Virus record (IMG/VR): IMGVR_UViG_3300011114_001057 | Origin: an uncultured virus (IMG/VR IMGVR_UViG_3300011114_001057) | Lineage: Duplodnaviria > Heunggongvirae > Uroviricota > Caudoviricetes | DNA: 64,000 nt | Direction: 5' to 3' (one strand) | Notes under the pieces: generated by a model | Databases searched by the model: none | Told to the model about the DNA's origin: nothing | Seen by the model: only the letters and a program-made list of their open reading frames with translations | In this document: in pieces, positions 62,301 to 64,000 of the stretch | Numbering within the stretch: position 1 is the first letter of the stretch | How the letters are laid out: each line of letters opens with the position of its first letter | Program-made: the position numbers and the translations under genes

Positions 62301-64000
62301 CTTATTTTGATAGTCCGTTAGATGAGGCTGCTCTTTTATCTGATCCTGACTATTTTATTAACTATTTTACATATACACCTACTTATGGAAACATTGAATA
62401 TGGACAATCACAAATTCGTTATTCTAATGTAATTAAAAACAAGGCAGGTGGGTATGAGACCTTCTTTAAAGGTTTTAAACTAGACTTTAAAAACTACTCT
62501 GACCCTAATTTTTTAGGAGAAGATGGAAAACCTAAACCTTCAGCTTCTACTAAGTTTGAAGGTTATCGTTTTTCATGTATACTAAAAGCAGTAGAGGAAG
62601 ACATTCATGATAAGTCTCAACCGCCAGTCAAATACCGAGTGATTGAACATAGCGATTACAAATTTATTATAGTTATAATTGAACTTGCAATCGGCTCTAT
62701 TAATCAAATAGACGATTATTGGAAAACAGTGTTAGTATCAGAGCCGATTACTCAAATTGACACCACTAACTTTATTGACCCAGTTTATTCTACTCTATTT
62801 AGTGGACTTGACCTACCTTTTGAAACAGTCGACGGAGACTATCGTGTTAGTTTTAATAATGAATCAGTTTCTAATATAAACTACGCTTTTCTGTATTCTA
62901 TAAAAAATAAGAAATTCAATAATTTATTAGATAGGTTTTCAACAGTTAAATTTAATAAGAATTTATCTTTTCAATTAAGCGGCCCTTCTGGAATTAACGC
63001 AAGCGCTGGTACAATATTAGGTTTTGCTAATTCAAGTACCCCTAATTATTCTGAGGGACTTAACACCGATTATACTACACCAAGGGAAGAGACCTTTATT
63101 ACAATAAAGGATCTTAATACTGGACTTAATTATTTTTTGACTACTATGTCGGGCTTTACTCCAGTCATTCAAAACCCAATAACTGGTGCATTTACTGATT
63201 TTTTAACATATGATAATACGAATAACATAGGACTAGTCGTAAATATAACAACTGCTCCATACTATTCTTTCTATACTATGTTACCATCTGGTAGTAATCT
63301 AATAGTCGACCAGAATTATGCATTCAAAGTCTTAGCTGGTGGTAATAAATATTTTGAAAAAATATTTCAAAAGATATCCTTTGCTAGCTTTAAAGAATAC
63401 TTGAATTCTTTTAACCCAATGATCGAGTACTCTTCTTATTCATTAGACTCAAGTGGATCCTCAATATTAGCAAGTGACCCTGGTTTTTATCTTGAAGTAG
63501 TAGATAGGGATTCAATAACTAAGATAAATCAGCTAATCTATAAACCGACTAGCTCGATACCTACGCAGTTTTCAAGCCAACCTGTAATAGGTTATGAATA
63601 TGAACAAGCTAAACTACCTGTTGGTTATTCTGTAAACCGATATAGAGGAGAATACGAACCAGTGTTTAATGAAATACTTTCATGTAATTCCAAGTTTAGC
63701 TTTAAGAAAAACGATATATCTGAAATAAAATTAGCTAATATTAATATTAATTCAAAAGTAGATAGTAATTTAACTATCAAAAACTTTAATCACATAAAAA
63801 TATCAGACATAAACATATTAGAATTAGAATCAGATTCAAGCTATGTGGCTAAATATGCTCTAATTAATGAAATCGCCGTTAACCACGCCGAGTATTTTTT
63901 ACTTAGGGGCAATTGGGACTGGGGCTTCCATTACAGATACTCTAATAAATCTACGTTCTTACCTGTGTCTGGGGCTCTTAGGGTTGAAGAAGATAATTCA
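59339..64000 (+). CDS. Very large structural protein, truncated by the window end (about 1554 codons visible)
   Basis: Not in the ORF track because it has no stop in the window. ATG at 59339: MQELQYTKVLKNDSSFQLVRTNPKLTGNVK; the frame appears open where sampled by eye. Confidence 0.75.
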   Translation, partial: MQELQYTKVLKNDSSFQLVRTNPKLTGNVKISINESGDMYLNAIKANPELSNDDYSKFPIDPTRTHPANLFHFFKAGKTPEEIIFDLKEKTDPYKTSKNFKDQYDFSNYFSGAKYLVSNKYDEKLSYFAPIYLKNEIPNYFVIFKIEDPLNKPANEIKAAYEAGDDRGEYLVDFFKKSTIIKTFDLRPETTVGKYIRDYVKDINFPMSPLTVSFEEDEFTSWNGILINNGVFGSKSEYLYEFYKNSYPLKFFEENITNGYSRNGVIFPNILNLEFIFNDDSSNKYDFNRYLGMYVNTLELTSIELDLARTYAERAIWENTPVPKKKYLETDEVVLLQENQDGVQFTYKEAALNLSEFNESLVSQYDIYFNYLQDKDGGIHLVKSDNQYLVDYSEERLANLSFSSITGKTTVTLESHEYATGNLVKVNCSADSAYTGEYLVTVIDPDTFTYSMAGPVAINPVNGLVKIEKGTGKLRLSDKKIDMGLFFGQSRNLFLQDEGFATSVAGHSYLTIQILNNFSNLDEFRIYHPTGTHQDVYGNYELVTATSNYSLVPDSGDYYAYNDYDGIAGNDVFYFNSTGYLSEVNQALAGCINNIRNAPFRAYVYEDYLFIKLNIPGDFDSTHKVKFNSPSNNYSSLLINESTDLNNQIIYFRGGSPETGNRLIIDAGHLQKIENNIDSILVKSSDSWSKVRKVSNYIDLINENNLASPALTSKSIDEYSKKIALVLEENEIPTVRYTQFTMRPKFKPKFGLISMFPIKDLDFDFYASDYANFPEIDLYNYYFIPEGRELMTSTNKYEVVGAGVIEVEGNQYSAGTAITVAGATAAYSIISGNPLVTYYSDYTTVGESKSTPINDENSELKDFQGFSILKDPNTIFQQSLTPEYQLRDKFINGITQTEYDYYKENDSLDFAVKSKILPYITKWGMREGTDSRDNKYRLNTELIFGRNNFSPDHQDKTQNPLNFTHEWFYIESMFNYISDPETIKKNYSYFDSPLDEAALLSDPDYFINYFTYTPTYGNIEYGQSQIRYSNVIKNKAGGYETFFKGFKLDFKNYSDPNFLGEDGKPKPSASTKFEGYRFSCILKAVEEDIHDKSQPPVKYRVIEHSDYKFIIVIIELAIGSINQIDDYWKTVLVSEPITQIDTTNFIDPVYSTLFSGLDLPFETVDGDYRVSFNNESVSNINYAFLYSIKNKKFNNLLDRFSTVKFNKNLSFQLSGPSGINASAGTILGFANSSTPNYSEGLNTDYTTPREETFITIKDLNTGLNYFLTTMSGFTPVIQNPITGAFTDFLTYDNTNNIGLVVNITTAPYYSFYTMLPSGSNLIVDQNYAFKVLAGGNKYFEKIFQKISFASFKEYLNSFNPMIEYSSYSLDSSGSSILASDPGFYLEVVDRDSITKINQLIYKPTSSIPTQFSSQPVIGYEYEQAKLPVGYSVNRYRGEYEPVFNEILSCNSKFSFKKNDISEIKLANININSKVDSNLTIKNFNHIKISDINILELESDSSYVAKYALINEIAVNHAEYFLLRGNWDWGFHYRYSNKSTFLPVSGALRVEEDNS

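Overview
A 64-kb, AT-rich, gene-dense segment of a T4-like jumbo myophage genome read in the standard genetic code. Head, tail and lysis genes: prohead protease/scaffold, major capsid, tail tube, tail sheath, several very large baseplate/tail-like proteins, a GH19 endolysin and a putative holin. Replication, recombination and repair genes: two-subunit topoisomerase II, gp41 helicase, UvsX, gp46/gp47, gp32, RNase H-like 5'-nuclease, the N-terminal half of a split family-B polymerase, a DinG helicase, a NEIL1-like glycosylase, UvsE and a RuvC-like resolvase. Nucleotide metabolism: NrdAB, dCMP deaminase, a thymidylate-synthase-family enzyme with the dCMP-type Asp signature, and a gp56-like pyrophosphatase. 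Host-like genes: GroEL, GroES, DnaJ, ribosomal protein S1, an Hc1/histone-H1-like protein and a gp55-like late sigma factor. A Bacteroidota host is inferred from A-rich, SD-less starts, the Hc1-like protein and Gln-starting signal peptides. Two promoter classes are visible directly: a late RATAAATAA box and an early/middle AAAACY-N14/15-A(G/A)TATAAT motif. The most interesting candidates are: a scaffold gene nested inside the protease ORF with its own late promoter; a promoter-driven ~110-nt hairpin at the strand switch (ncRNA or origin); a possible cytosine-modification or alternative dTMP route; a CMP-nonulosonate synthetase plus Maf-like transferase pair at the left edge; and a glycosylase closely resembling animal NEIL1. 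All product calls come from motif recognition by eye; no database search was run.
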